Counted from the stretch's first letter, positions 25,543 to 40,500 are shown. The stretch is DNA of 64,000 bases from Dendrobates tinctorius (GCF_039654945.1 NW_027361688.1:1240001-1304000), one strand, 5' to 3'. A program made the numbers and translations. Notes: generated by a model not told the origin, from the sequence alone.

Positions 25543-25946
25543 GGTCGGTTTCACATGTCCAGATAATTCCGGTACCGGAGAAAACGGTCCCGGAGCTATC
25601 CGTGTCCGTGTGGATACGTGTGCTGTCCGTGTGTCAGGTCTGTGTGCTGTCCGTGTGAATGCGTATCACTCACAAAGCTTTTGACGCACACGGATCACAC
25701 ACGGATGTGATTCGTGTGCAGTACGTGTTTACACGCACCTATTGACTTGTATGGGTCCGTGGGATCCGTACTGTCGCACAAAAACGGACATGTCAATGTA
25801 TTTTGCACACGGACACACGGTCCGTGAAAACACGCTGATATGTGCATAGACCCATTCATTAGAATGGGTCTACGTGTGTCAGTGTCTCCGGTACGTGAGA
25901 AAGCTGTCACTACACGTACCGGAGCCACTGACGTGTGAAACTGCCC
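25543..25946. mobile_element. PIF/Harbinger-type MITE
   Basis: TAA-GGTCGGTTTCACA ... TGTGAAACTGCCC-TAA. Confidence 0.75.
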
Positions 25947-26229
25947 TAACCCAGAAAACATTTTCTATAAAAGCTTATCTAACCCCTCACAAACTGTGGG
26001 CTAATCCCAACTCTATTAACTATCTAATCCCTAGTGTAGTGCAAACTGTACCCCTATCTGCTGTATGATGTATGGTTCCCCTAGTGGACAGACCTCCCAG
26101 ATTCCCAGGGACAGCCTTAGGCATAGCCTATAGGAGAACACACAACACTGGCCATAAGGATAAACTATAACATTACTGTATCACACATTAATGCATAGAA
26201 TGAAACAACATCATCACAACCCCCTGTTC

Positions 26230-28430
26230 CACGACGTCTTCTTCATCCCAGCCTTCTCCCTACATGCGCTAGCTGCAGGACTTGGAGCAGGTGAAGAGGA
26301 CAAGGATGAGAAAATTAGTAGAGAGTGGTCAGCAAGGAGTAGAGATGAGGCTGTAAGGTTAGATAGGGAACAGAGGTGGGTGAAGAGGTCTACTGTATCT
26401 CCGTCTGTGTGGATTTATGTGGAGAATCATTGTGAAGGACGTGATAGGAGTTTGGAGGCTGCAGATTGGTGGGTGTCAGTTGGTGTTTTGAAATCGCCTA
26501 CGATGATGGTGGGAATGTCAGAATAGAGAAAGTGGAGAAGTGATCGATAAAAATGGAGCCCACGGGTCGGTATATAATGGTGTCAGGCTCACCTTGTGAA
26601 GTGTACCCGCTAAGCCCAATGTGGGTACACGGACCCACGGCATTGGTGTAGCTAGCAGGATAGCACGTGGGAAACAAGGACGTGGCACACACGAGTCTTG
26701 AATTGCAATCTGAAGATACAGGTCTGTGTCATAATGGGCCTTTAAAGGCCTAGGGAGATTGTCATATGTCGGGGAACCTGTAAAGCCTGATGTGAAGGGA
26801 GGAGGACCCAGATCTGGGACAGGTGTGTAACACACGTCCACTTGGAGAGTGGATACGCACAGAGTGCACTTCAAATGAATGGAGGGTAGAGATAGGATTG
26901 GGTTGAAGCTGTTAAAAAGGAGAAGGCCAACTCTCCCATCATGTTTTTTGTCACTGTGAGCAGTGTGGATGAAGTGAAGGCCACCATAACACAGCAGGTG
27001 AGGGTGTCATCCTTGTTTCTCTGGCCAAGCAAGAATAGATTGAGAGAGATAAAGTGGTCATGAATGGCATGGGGTTTGTTGCAGGTGGAACAGCGTTCCA
27101 TAGTGCTTCAGAAAGATGGAGTGAGGGTCAACTGGGTGGGTATTACGTTGGAGAGGTTTGGTAGATTTTGTTAGGGTTTGCGGGTCGCACTAAATATAAA
27201 ATATAAGGAAGTGCGATCGCAACCCAGGGTCCACTGTGCAGAGATGGAAAACTGCTGCTCAGTAATGGCAGAATACTGAGTGAACACCGGCTGGTTAACC
27301 ACTGACCCGGTGTACACAGCAACAAACTCCGTTTCTGCACAGAGCCGCTAAAACAAATGCCGGAGCCTGTTAACTTTCACAGGTCTCGGCTGAAGGGGTG
27401 CTCTTAAATGGTCACAGGACTCAGCCCCAGAGACAAGGGCTAGAGTCCCTCTAGCCCACGGGTGCCAGCTAGGAGTAATATGAAAATAGCGCACAAGTGT
27501 GCACAGAGACGCTCTGGCGCATGCCACCAATCGCCGGGCGCCGCACTGGCGGGAGCTGAGACATGGCGAGATACGAGAGTGCCATGTACGGGATGGCACA
27601 GTCGGACGCTAGTGTGAGGTGCGGTGACTTGGTATCACTGTGGCGGCGCTAGACAATGCCACTAATAGGCGCAGACTCTAAAGGGAGGGGAATCATAATG
27701 AGTCAGTCGCACACACATGCATCCATCATCTCACACACCCTAAACCATAAAAGTCTATACTAGCGCACGGCTGTGCGATCCTTTTATAGGCACAGCCTTC
27801 CGGGACCTTCCAGATGGTCCAATCTGAGCAGCAACAGGACCTGAGCATGTGACCCTCGGCCTCCAATGAGAGGACGACCCTCGGACATGCTCAGTAGCCC
27901 GAAAGAAGGACTTAGTCCCAGGAGCTGCTTGCTGCTGACCAGTGCAGGCTGCTATTGCTGACCCTGAGATGGCAGCAACTGAACCGACAGCACTGGCCTG
28001 ATCAAGACGCCGGGAACGATGTCTTTGCTGAGCAGCTTCCTCTGTGGCTGGGACTGAATGGGAGACTGCAGAAGGCAAGGCTCGGGATTCCTCCTGTGCG
28101 AACGCAGGAACGTGACCCCTACCAGATTTATAGTAGCTGGGGAATAACAGAATGGAAAAATAATAGTAGGTATTTAGCTTTTAAGGTTCAGAATTGGGAG
28201 ATATGTCACCAGCAGTGAGGAGGAGCAGAGAGAGTGAGAGGAGGTTGGAGAGGGAGCATGTAGGGCTTATGTTGTGCTTTAGAAGGAGGGATCTAAGGTT
28301 TAGAAGCAGGTCTGCAGATGAGGTCAAGCGAGGGGGAAGAGGATGCTGCTGCGGCCATAGTGGTGAGGGGAACCATGCGGAGGCAGATGTTCCAGGTTCG
28401 GTGCAATTATCACACACCAGACATCATGGA
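26230..28430 (-). mobile_element. Old fragmented L2 LINE interrupted by other repeats (~26580-26830, ~27210-28120, possibly LTR-derived)
   Basis: Minus-strand remnants [28 protein letters not shown] homologous to the 5' part of the intact L2. Confidence 0.6.
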
Positions 28431-29253
28431 AAAGAACTATGGAATGTCTGGAATATCTGTCCGCAGGTGTCAGTGACTCCGCGCCACACAGATGCACAGC
28501 GGTTATCAGAAGTAAAGGTTATATAGCTGAATATTAGTGCAGAAAGGCGACATCTGGAAACAAACTTCGGTTTATACTGTAACGTTTCCAGTTTCTGAAT
28601 GAATCTGCAGACACTGCTGGTTGTTTGAGCTGCTGATAATTCCTTTTTACTCTAAAAATGTCTATTTTGTTGATGCTTTCATTCAGAACTGAGTGTGCGG
28701 CTCCCAGCGCCTCTATATATATGGAGATAAATGCTATTATGAGGAGTCCGCTTCTTCTCAGTTGTTAATCACACTGCTATTATTATACACATAATGTACA
28801 TTTCTGGTTATCTAGAGAGGTAAACAGAAGAATTGCAGGTATTCAGGGTGGTCCTGACAAGCACAATGGATGTGGCCTGTGGGAATACAGAGGACAGAAC
28901 TTGTTCTTCAAGGTTGGGGGATGCAGGGAGAAAAGTCCATGTACATGGTTACTTCAGGGAACAAGATGGAGACAACATGGTTTCCTTCACAATCCCGTTC
29001 ATCCAGTGCTGTGTACACAGATTGTGCTGTTGATGCCTCTATGCTTTCCACCCCCATATTGTACTGTTTACCCCCATATAGCGCTGTATAATCCTGATAT
29101 GCTGTTCTGCCCCAGATAGCGTAGTATACCGCCACATAGCTCTGTATACCGACACATGATGTAGTTTACCCTCCATGTAGTGCTGTACAACCCCTAAAAA
29201 GTATAAACTATCACCCCATATATATGGTTCACTCACCACTACCAGATATTTAA

Positions 29254-29545
29254 AGGGGTATTCCCAGCTCCAAGATACTATCCAATATGGAGAAGGTAGA
29301 ATAATAGCAAATACCTCAAATTAGAAATATAGTAGTTTTTCGGATTTGCTGTCTCTTTCCTCATGTGCAATCATTGCAGGACCTTAGGTATCCATGTTAC
29401 ATAGTTGCTAGTGTTGGTAATCATGGATATCGAAGGTCCTGCAATAACTGCACACGAAGAAAGAAACCGCAAATCAGGAGAACTATACTAAATTTCTAAT
29501 TGGAGGTATTTACTAATGTAGGGTCTTGGAGATGGAACTACCCCT
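29254..29545. mobile_element. T2/Kolobok-type MITE
   Basis: TTAA-AGGGGTATTCCC ... GGAACTACCCCT-GTAA, internally palindromic. Confidence 0.75.
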
Positions 29546-29855
29546 GTAATCACAGCTCCGAGCCTGACAAGAGCAGATCCACCACCGCCATCCTGACACC
29601 ACATGTTACAGAGAACAAAGAGCAGAAGAAACCATCAGCCCATGTGCACAGCCAATCAGCACTCAGTAGGGCTATGGCTCCGCCCACAGGCAGCTCCAGA
29701 TTACTCCCCCCAGGCCCTCAGTGTTAACCCATTAGTGCCTGCAATGTATCCAGCTGCAGCAGCACAGGCTGCAGTCATCCCAGCCCAGGACTATCAGCAG
29801 CCCCTTCCCCCTCTCCCTCCCCAGGAGCTGTAGCTTCTCCTCAGAAGATGTGGGT

Positions 29856-29871
29856 GGCTCTTAAAAGAGCC
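29856..29871 (-). terminator. Histone 3' stem-loop (H4)
   Basis: Minus strand AAA-GGCTCTTTTAAGAGCC-ACCCA. Confidence 0.95.
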
Positions 29872-29903
29872 TTTGGGTTGTCAGGATAGAGAAGAGAATA
29901 CAA

Positions 29904-30415
<512 letters not shown>

Positions 30416-31247
30416 ATTGTTTTGTTCTTTTCCGCTTCTACAGGGATGACACTAAAAATAGTCAGAAACCTGATTCCTCTCCGCGGTGACATCCTGCTCG
30501 GAGTAATTACAATGTGAGAGCCGGACCTGCTATATTCTCTCCATCCATAGAGTAATGTATAACCGCCATATACTGCTGTATACCTGTAATATACCACTAT
30601 ATTTCTCCATGTAGTGCTATAAACCCCCATATTGTGCTTTATACCCTCCATATTGTGCTCTGCTCATTTATCTCAGTGACAGGTTCTGCAGCGATAAACA
30701 AGTGATCGGCTTCTCAATGACAATGTGAGATTCAGACCTAGAAATAGATCAATCTTTGGGATCTTATTGGCCAGGAGCCTCCACCAATATGCGGAGCAAA
30801 GGGTGTGTAATATCAGAGGAACGTCAGTGAGAAAGTGCAGAGAGCTCTGATCAGAATGAGGACAAACTGCTGGAAACATCGCTGACTACAAAGAGCCAAC
30901 AGCCCATCTCCACCTACTATCAGCAGAACAATGGACACCAGGCCCCAGCGCTCTGGGAGAGAACCGGATTTAATGAGAGAGGAGCAACCGATCATCTATG
31001 GCTGCCTGCACCTGCTCCTCCACTGTCAGACTATTCCTGATGTTCCCCATCATTCTAAATCTCACTACAACCCTCATCTCCCTCTCCATTTTACTATCCT
31101 TTAATCCCCAACCTCTAATGCCAGATACATTGATCTGATCTCTTCCTCCAGCTAACACACGAGGTGCCAGTAAGTGCAGACACATTCCCCAGGGAGAGGA
31201 GCGAGATACAGACACGCAGTCACAGCTCTGCTGTAGACGGGGTGGGT

Positions 31248-31263
31248 GGCTCTTAGAAGAGCC
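31248..31263 (-). terminator. Histone 3' stem-loop (H2B)
   Basis: Minus strand GGCTCTTCTAAGAGCC-ACCCA, HDE-like CAGAGCTGTG downstream. Confidence 0.95.
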
Positions 31264-31294
31264 TTTGGGTTGTGGGTGCAGAGCACAGAGCAGA

Positions 31295-31696
<402 letters not shown>

Positions 31697-31734
31697 TCAC
31701 TGGAGAGAGAATAATGATCCTGCTCCTCCCAGAG

Positions 31735-32398
<664 letters not shown>

Positions 32399-32437
32399 GC
32401 GCTGCCACCGACCCCCGTATCATCCACACAACCCAAA

Positions 32438-32453
32438 GGCTCTTCTAAGAGCC
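32438..32453 (+). terminator. Histone 3' stem-loop (H2A)
   Basis: AAA-GGCTCTTCTAAGAGCC-ACCCA, HDE-like ACAAGAGCTG downstream. Confidence 0.95.
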
Positions 32454-33065
32454 ACCCACACCGTCCCCACAAGAGCTGACGCCGCTGATCTCTGGTGTGA
32501 TCTGTTTTCAAAAAAAAATTTGTAATTTTTATAGGAAAAGAGAAAATTTAGCCTCAAGTTTTCACTCATTTATAGGTTGTCAACTAATATTTAATTTAAC
32601 TTTTGGTTAATCATTTTCATGTATATAATAATGTGTAAAAGTCACAAACAGACAAAAGGGGGGTATGATATAGAATGTTGTGATCTAGTTAAATTAATTT
32701 CAGGTCTTATATTAAACCTGACTCAAATGGAGTGCCAAGGAAACCAAGTTAGTTTAAATTTCTACAGTATTGGGTGCTTTTAATTCATTCATTGGGCTAT
32801 GAATCTGCCCAGAAGCAGCACCCACGTGATATCTCAACGACAGTGGGGCGCAGTGGATGTAACAAGTCCCTGGGCAGCTGCATCCACTGAAGAAGAGTCT
32901 CCTACAATGACCTACAAAAGCGACTGGCTACAAAGAGCTGGGTTTTAGCGCTGCCTGTTCTGCTGGTAAAAGGCTGAGCTGTTCGCTTTCAATGCCCAGA
33001 CCCATTTTTAGTACTGATGTTGCGTTAACCCTTTTCGCTTCTGAGACGGATGCGCAAGTCTGTTA

Positions 33066-33303
33066 TAGTGATGAGAGCATGCTCCTGTGCTGTTATTTCA
33101 GCGTGCTCGAAAAATAAGTTTGAGTCCTAGCAGCTACATTGTCTCACGCTTGTTACAGCTGAAACAAATGCAGGAATTGCCTAACAGGAGCCAGACATGT
33201 AGCCCTAGAGACTGGAACATATTTTTCGAGCACACTGAAGACACCGTTAGCACATGATCATGCTCCGATTAACGCCTTATCCAAGCACATTTGCTCATTA
33301 CTT
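33066..33303. mobile_element. Short MITE (possibly hAT)
   Basis: Imperfect TIRs TAGTGATGAG / CTCATTACTT; target duplication not evident. Confidence 0.45.
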
Positions 33304-33427
33304 ATAAACTAAGTTGTGATTTATTTCCAGAAGGGAAACTTAACTCAAGGAGAGAACCCATCTCCACAAGGATCAGGCGCAAGATCCGGATAGTTTAGGC
33401 ATTGGCTCCTTAGTGGGAGAATTTGGT

Positions 33428-33443
33428 GGCTCTGAGAAGAGCC
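33428..33443 (-). terminator. Histone 3' stem-loop (H3)
   Basis: Minus strand AAA-GGCTCTTCTCAGAGCC-ACCA. Confidence 0.95.
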
Positions 33444-33473
33444 TTTGTGTTGTCTTCAGTGCCCAGGGCGGAT

Positions 33474-33938
<465 letters not shown>

Positions 33939-34146
33939 TTATACTCATGGGATCATTCTCATTGGTTTATGTGAATCACGCCCCTTACACTATATTGGCT
34001 GTGTGCAACCAATCATTATGCAGAAGAAGCTCAGCACAACTCCCAGTAATCTCGTTGTTTCCCCCTCCATGAAGTGCTGCTGGGTCTCCGCAGTTCACAC
34101 TGGTCACAGGCTGCGATAATGCAGGAAAGGGTCACATCATGTCTAC

Positions 34147-34650
34147 ACTGGTCACACAGCTCTGCCGGGACAAGGTGGTGGCACTGATCACACAGCTCTG
34201 CCGGGACAAGGTGGTGGCACTGATCACACAGCTCTGCCGGGACAAGGTGGTGGCACTGATCACACAGCTCTGCCGGGACAAGGTGGTGGCACTGATCACA
34301 CAGCTCTGCCGGGACAAGGTGGTGGCACTGATCACACAGCTCTGCCGGGACAAGGTGGTGGCACTGATCACACAGCTCTGCCGGGACAAGGTAGTGGCAC
34401 TGATCACACAGCTCTGTCGGGACAGGTGGTGGCACTGATCACACAGCTCTGCCGGGACAAGGTGGTGGCACTGATCACACAGCTCTGCCGGGACAAGGTG
34501 GTGGCACTGATCACACAGCTCTGCCGGGACATGGTGGTGGCACTGGTCACACAGCTCTGCCTGGACAAGGTGGTGGCACTGATCACACAGCTCTGCCCGG
34601 ACAAGGTGGTCGCACTGATCACACAGCTCTGCTGGGACAAGGTGGTGGCA
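34147..34650. repeat. 36-bp minisatellite, ~14 copies
   Basis: Unit ACTGATCACACAGCTCTGCCGGGACAAGGTGGTGGC. Confidence 0.97.
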
Positions 34651-34690
34651 GTGAATAAAAGCCTTTGTGGGAGGATGAGGCAGCTAAATC

Positions 34691-35025
34691 TTATTTCTCG
34701 GCAGGGACTTCTTGTCTTTAGCCATTTTCTTAGTCGGACTCTTCGTCACCTTCTTCAGCTTCGGGGGGTTATTTGGCTTCTCGGTGACTTTCTTGGATTT
34801 TTTGGGGCTCTTCTTGAGATCAGAGATTCGCCCACTTTCTTGCCTGCTGGTTTCTCAGGGTTGTCCGCATCCATTGTCAGCTTGAAGGATCTGGAGGCGC
34901 TGCTGCCCGTCAGCTGGAGCCCAGTGCCCTTGGTGACCGGAGGCTTGATGGTTCAGGCGGCTGTTACGCTTCTCTACGTCCCATCCTCCAGGAGCCGGAG
35001 CCTTCTTCAGGGCGGCTAGAGCTGC
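34691..35025 (-). pseudogene. Histone H1 pseudogene, 5'-truncated and frameshifted
   Basis: LAALKKAPAPGGWDVEKRNSRL then VTKGTGLQLTGSSASRSFKL (globular domain) and a Lys/Pro-rich tail; TAA at 34691-34693; decayed stem-loop at ~34647-34666. Confidence 0.85.
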
Positions 35026-35036
35026 AGCGCTATGTA

Positions 35037-36257
35037 CACTCACTGGCCACTTTATTAGGTACACCTGTCCAACTGTGTGTTAAGACTTAATTTCTAATCA
35101 GCCAATCACATGGCGGCAACTCAGTGCATTTAGGCATGTAGACATGGTCAAGACAATCTCCTGCAGTTCAAACCGAGCATCAGTATGGGGAAGAAAGGTG
35201 ATTTGAGTGCCTTTGAACGTGGCATGATTGTTGGTGCCAGAAGGGCTGGTCTGAGAATTTCAGAAACTGCTGATCTACTGGGATTTTCACGCACAACCAT
35301 CTCTAGGGTTTACAGAGAATGGTCCGAAAAAGAAAAAAAATCCAGTGAGCGGCAGTTCTGTGGCCGGAAATGCCTTGTTGATGCCAGAGGTCAGAGGAGA
35401 ATGGGCAGACTGGTTCGAGCTGATAGAAAGGCAACAGTGACTCAAATTGCCACCCGTTACAACCAAGGTAGGCAGAAGAGCATCTCTGAACGCACAGTGC
35501 GTCGAACTTTGAGGCAGATGGGCTACAGCAGCAGAAGACCACACTGGGTACCACTCCTCTCAGCTAAGAACAGGAAACTGAGGCTACAATTTGCACAAGC
35601 TCATCGAAATTGGACAGTAGAAGATTGGAAAAACGTTGCCTGGTCTGATGAGTCTCGATTTCTGCTGCGACATTCGGATGGTAGGGTCAGAATTTGGCGT
35701 AAACAACATGAAAGCATGGATCCATCCTGCCTTGTATCAACGGTTCAGGCTGGTGGTGGTGGTGTCATGGTGTGGGGAATTTTTTCTGGGCACTCTTTGG
35801 GCCCCTTGGTACCAATTGAGCATCGTTGCAACGCCACAGCCTACCTGAGTATTGTTGCTGACCATGTCCATCCCTTTATGACCACAATGTACCCAACATC
35901 TGATGGCTACTTTCAGCAGGATAATGCGCCATGTCATAAAGCTCGAATCATCTCAGATTGGTTTCTTGAACATGACAATGAGTTCACTGTACTCAAATGG
36001 CCTCCTCAGTCACCAGATCTCAATCCAATAGAGCATCTTTGGGATGTGGTGGAACGGGAGATTCGCATCAGGGATGTGCAGCCGACAAATCTGCGCCAAC
36101 TGTGTGATGCCATCATGTCAATATGGTCCAAAATCTCTGAGGAATGCTTCCAGCACCTTGTTGAATCTCTGCCACGAAGAATTGAGGCAGTTCTGAAGGC
36201 AAAAGGGGGTCCAACCCCTTACTAGCATGGTGTACCTAATAAAGTGGCCAGTGAGTG
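35037..36257 (+). mobile_element. Intact Tc1/mariner transposon, DD36E (Incomer-type), 1221 bp
   Basis: Perfect 29-bp TIRs CACTCACTGGCCACTTTATTAGGTACACC, TA duplication. Confidence 0.97.
35185..36225 (+). CDS. DD36E transposase, 346 aa
   Basis: N-terminal HTH region, [15 protein letters not shown]..36 residues..[11 protein letters not shown]. Confidence 0.96.
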   Translation: MGKKGDLSAFERGMIVGARRAGLRISETADLLGFSRTTISRVYREWSEKEKKSSERQFCGRKCLVDARGQRRMGRLVRADRKATVTQIATRYNQGRQKSISERTVRRTLRQMGYSSRRPHWVPLLSAKNRKLRLQFAQAHRNWTVEDWKNVAWSDESRFLLRHSDGRVRIWRKQHESMDPSCLVSTVQAGGGGVMVWGIFSGHSLGPLVPIEHRCNATAYLSIVADHVHPFMTTMYPTSDGYFQQDNAPCHKARIISDWFLEHDNEFTVLKWPPQSPDLNPIEHLWDVVEREIRIRDVQPTNLRQLCDAIMSIWSKISEECFQHLVESLPRRIEAVLKAKGGPTPY

Positions 36258-36641
36258 TATATATCCATTGTGTGCAGAGTATGGGGGGCAGTGTTCACAT
36301 CTGGGGTCATAGGAAACAACCTTTGATGATTAAGCTAAAATATCATATCACTCCAGAATCCCACTGCTATGTCATGTACCCCCATATAGTGCTGTGATCC
36401 TCAGTATTGTGCTATATACCCTCTGTATAGTTTTCTACACAACATATAGTTCTGTATACATCCAGTGCAGCGCTTCATACCCTCCAAATTGTGCCGTATA
36501 CATCCGTATAGAGCAGAAATCCTCCATGTAGATGCTGATACTAAAATACTGCGGTTTTGTCCACTTACAGAGGAACGAAAATCCAGAGAGGCAGCAGGTG
36601 TGTACGATAACATCCACATTGATTATAGAAAAATAAACTAA

Positions 36642-36977
36642 GGCTATGTGCACACGTAGGAAAAGTGGTGCAGAATTTTCTGCACAAAATCCGCAGCCGC
36701 GGTTTTGCCGCTGTTTTTGTACGGATTTTCTGCGGTTTTTGCCACTGCGGATTTCTATCATGGAGGGTTCCAGAAACGCTGCAGAACCGCACAAAAGAAG
36801 TGACATGCACTTCTTTTAAATCCGCAGCAATTCCGCACTGAATTTTCTGCACCATCTACACAGCTTTTTTTCCATTGATTTACATTGTACTGTAAATCAC
36901 TTTGTGGATCTGCAGCGTTTCTGTGCGGAAAAATCCGCTGTGGATCCGCAGCAAATCTGCATCGTGTGCACATAGCC
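36642..36977. mobile_element. PIF/Harbinger-type MITE
   Basis: TAA-GGCTATGTGCACACG ... CGTGTGCACATAGCC-TAA. Confidence 0.9.
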
Positions 36978-36980
36978 TAA

Positions 36981-37331
36981 GGCCATGTGCACACGATGCA
37001 TTTTTCCTGCGGATCGGCAGTGGATTTTACCGCGCAGAAACGCTGCGGATCCGCAAAGTGATTTACAGTACAATTTTAAAAAAACCCCGCTGTGCAGACG
37101 CTGCGTTTTTTTCCGCGCGGTTTTTGTGCGGTTCAAAAAATGCAGCATGTCACTTCTTTTGTGCGGTTTTCCACCTGCTCCATTCTCCAAATCCGCAGGG
37201 GGAAAATCGCAAGAAAACCGCACAAAAACAGAAAGTAATCCGCAGGAAAAATGCAGGTCATTTCACCTGCGGATTTCTTCAAATCTGCGTGGAAAAATCC
37301 ACAGAAGGAAAATCCACGTGTGCACTTAGCC
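36981..37331. mobile_element. PIF/Harbinger-type MITE, tandem with the previous one
   Basis: TAA-GGCCATGTGCACACG ... CGTGTGCACTTAGCC-TAA. Confidence 0.88.
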
Positions 37332-37589
37332 TAAAAGTGCCTGTCAGCTCCAGTGTGACTGAGACCGGCGCATCACACCTCTCTGGCGCCTCACTCATGT
37401 GTACATAGGTCTCAGTTACATTGGAGCGGCCATGGACTTCTAAAGGATCCTTGCTGCAACCTGGGTGAGTGGACTCTCCTTCCCCCTTTATGGTCTTATC
37501 CTCATATAGTGTTGAATACTCCTATACACCCTCGATATAGCGCTGTATAGGCCCTGAGCAGTCAGTCATATTGTGCTATATAGTCCTAT

Positions 37590-40500
37590 ATAATGCTGTA
37601 TATCGCCATATAGTGTCACCCCCCATGTGGTGCTGTATATCGCCATATAGTGTCACCCCCCATGTGGTGCTGTATATCGCCATATAGTGTCACCACCCCA
37701 TGTGGTGCTGTATATCGCCATATAGTGTCACACCCCATGTGGTGCTGTATATCGCCATATAGTGTCACCCCCATGTGGTGCTTTATATCGCCATATAGTG
37801 TCACCCCAAATGTGGTGCTGTATATCGCCATATAGTGTCAAACTCCATGTGGTGCTGTATATCGAAATATAGTGTCCCCCCCCATGTGGTGCTGTATATC
37901 GCCATATAGTGTCACCCCCCCATGTTGTGCTGTATTTCGCCATATAGTGTCACCCCCCCATGTTGTGCTGTATTTCACCATATAGTGTCACCCCCCATGT
38001 GGTGCTGTATATCGCCATATAGTGGCACCCCCCCATGGCACCCCCCCATGTGGTGCTGTATATCGCCATATAGTGTCACCCCCCATGTGGTGCTGTATAT
38101 CGCCATATAGTGTCACCCCCCATGTGGTGCTGTATATCGCCATATAGTGTCACCCCCCCATGTTGTGCTGTATTTCACCATATAGTGTCACCCCCCATGT
38201 GATGCTGTATATCGCCATATAGTGGCACCCCCCCATGGCACCCCCCCATGTGGTGCTGTATATCGCCATATAGTGTCACCCCCCATGTGGTGCTGTATAT
38301 CGCCATATAGTGTCACCCCCCATGTGGTGCTGTATATCGCCATATAGTGTCACCCCCCATGTGGTGCTGTATATCGCCATATAGTGTCACCCCCATGTGG
38401 TGCTGTATATCGCCATATAGTGTCACCCCCCATGTGGTGCTGTATATCACCATATAGTGTCACCCCCCCATGTGGTGCTGTATATCGCCATATAGTGTCA
38501 CCCCCCATGTGGTGCTGTATATCGCCATAGTGTCACCCCCATGCGGTGCTGTATATCGCCATATAGTGTCACCCCCCCATGTGGTGCTGTATATCGCCAT
38601 ATAGTGTCACCCCCATGTGGTGCTGTATATCGCCATATAGTGTCACCCCCCCATGTGGTTGCTGTACATCGCCATATAGTGTCACCCCCCATGTGGTGCT
38701 GTATATCGCCATATAGTGTCACCCCCATGTGGTGCTGTATATCGCCATATAGTGTCACCCCCATGTGGTGCTGTATATCGCCATACAGTGTCACCCCCAT
38801 GTGGTGCTGTATATCGCCATATAGTGTCACCCCCCATGTGGTGCTGTATTTCGCCATAGTGTCACCCCCCCATGTGGTGCTGTATATCGCCATATAGTGT
38901 CACCCCCCCATGTGGTGCTGTATATCGCCATATAGTGTCACCCCCATGTGGTGCTGTATATCGACATATAGTGTCACCCCCCATGTGGTGCTGTATGTCG
39001 CCATATAGTGTCACCCCCCCATGTGGTGCTGTATGTCGCCATATAGTGTCACCCTCCCATGTGGTGCTGTATTTCGCCATATAGTGTCACCCCCCATGTG
39101 GTGCTGTATATCGCCATATAGTGTCACCCCCCCATGTGGTGCTGTATTTCGCCATATAGTGTCACCCCCCATGTGGTGCAGTACATCGCCATATAGTGTC
39201 ACCCCCCATGTGGTGCTGTATATCGCCATATAGTGTCACCCCCCCATGTGGTGCTGTATATCGCCATATAGTGTCACCCCCCATGTGGTGCTGTATATCG
39301 CCATATAGTGTCACCCCCCATGTGGTGCTGTACATCGCCATATAGTGTCACCCCCCCATGTGGTGCTGTATATCGCCATATAGTGTCACCCCCCATGTGG
39401 TGCTGTATGTCGCCATATAGTGTCACCCCCCATGTGGTGCTGTATGTCGCCATATAGTGTCACCCCCCATGTGGTGCTGTATGTCGCCATATAGTGTCAC
39501 CCCCCATGTGGTGCTGTATATCGCCATATAGTGTCACCCCCCATGTGGTGCTGTATATCGCCATATAGTGTCACCTCCATGTGGTGCTGTATATCGCCAT
39601 ATAGTGTCACCTCCATGTGGTGCTGTATATCGCCATATAATGTCACCCCCCCATGTGGGGCTGTATATCGCCATATAGTGTCACCCCCCATGTGGGGCTG
39701 TATGTCGCCATATAGTGTCACCCCCATGTGGTGCTGTACGTCGCCATATAGTGTCACCCCCATGTGGTGCTGTACGTCGCCATATAGTGTCACCCCCATG
39801 TGGTGCTGTACGTCGCCATATAGTGTCACCCCCCCATGTCGTGCTGTACGTCGCCATATAGTGTCACCCCCCATGTGGTGCTGTACATCGCCATATAGTG
39901 TCACCCCCCATGTGGTGCTGTACATCGCCATATAGTGTCACCCCCCATGTGGTGCTGTATATCGCCATATAGTGTCACCCCCCATGTGGGGCTGTATATC
40001 GCCATATAGTGTCACCCCCCATGTGGTGCTGTATATCGCCATATAGTGTCACCGCCCATGTGGTGCTGTATATCGCCATATAGTGTCACCCCCCATGTGG
40101 TGCTGTATATCGCCATATAGTGTCACCCCCATGTGCTGCTGTATATCGCCATATAGTGTCACCCCCCATGTGGTGCTGTATATCGCCATATAGTGTCACC
40201 CCCATGTGGTGCTGTATATCGCCATATAGTGTCACCCCCCATGTGGTGCTGTATATCGCCATATAGTGTCACCCCCCATGTGGTGCTGTATATCGCCATA
40301 TAGTGTCACCCCCCATGTGGTGCTGTATATCGCCATATAGTGTCACCCCCCATGTGGTGCTGTATGTCGCCATATAGTGTCACCCCCCATGTGGTTGCTG
40401 TACGTCGCCATATAGTGTCACCCCCCATGTGGTGCTGTATATCGCCATTTAGTGTCACCCCCCATGTGGTGCTGTATATCGCCATATAGTGTCACCACCC

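Noticed and set aside
34147-34650. 36-bp repeat array as a CRISPR array
   Set aside because: Units are head-to-tail with no unique spacers, no cas genes, eukaryotic context
34426-35019. 197-aa plus-strand ORF
   Set aside because: Minisatellite plus antisense of the H1 pseudogene
35025-36400. Idea that the DD36E transposon split an intact H1 gene
   Set aside because: No H1 N-terminal sequence or promoter is visible beyond the right TIR and H1 is far more decayed than the transposon
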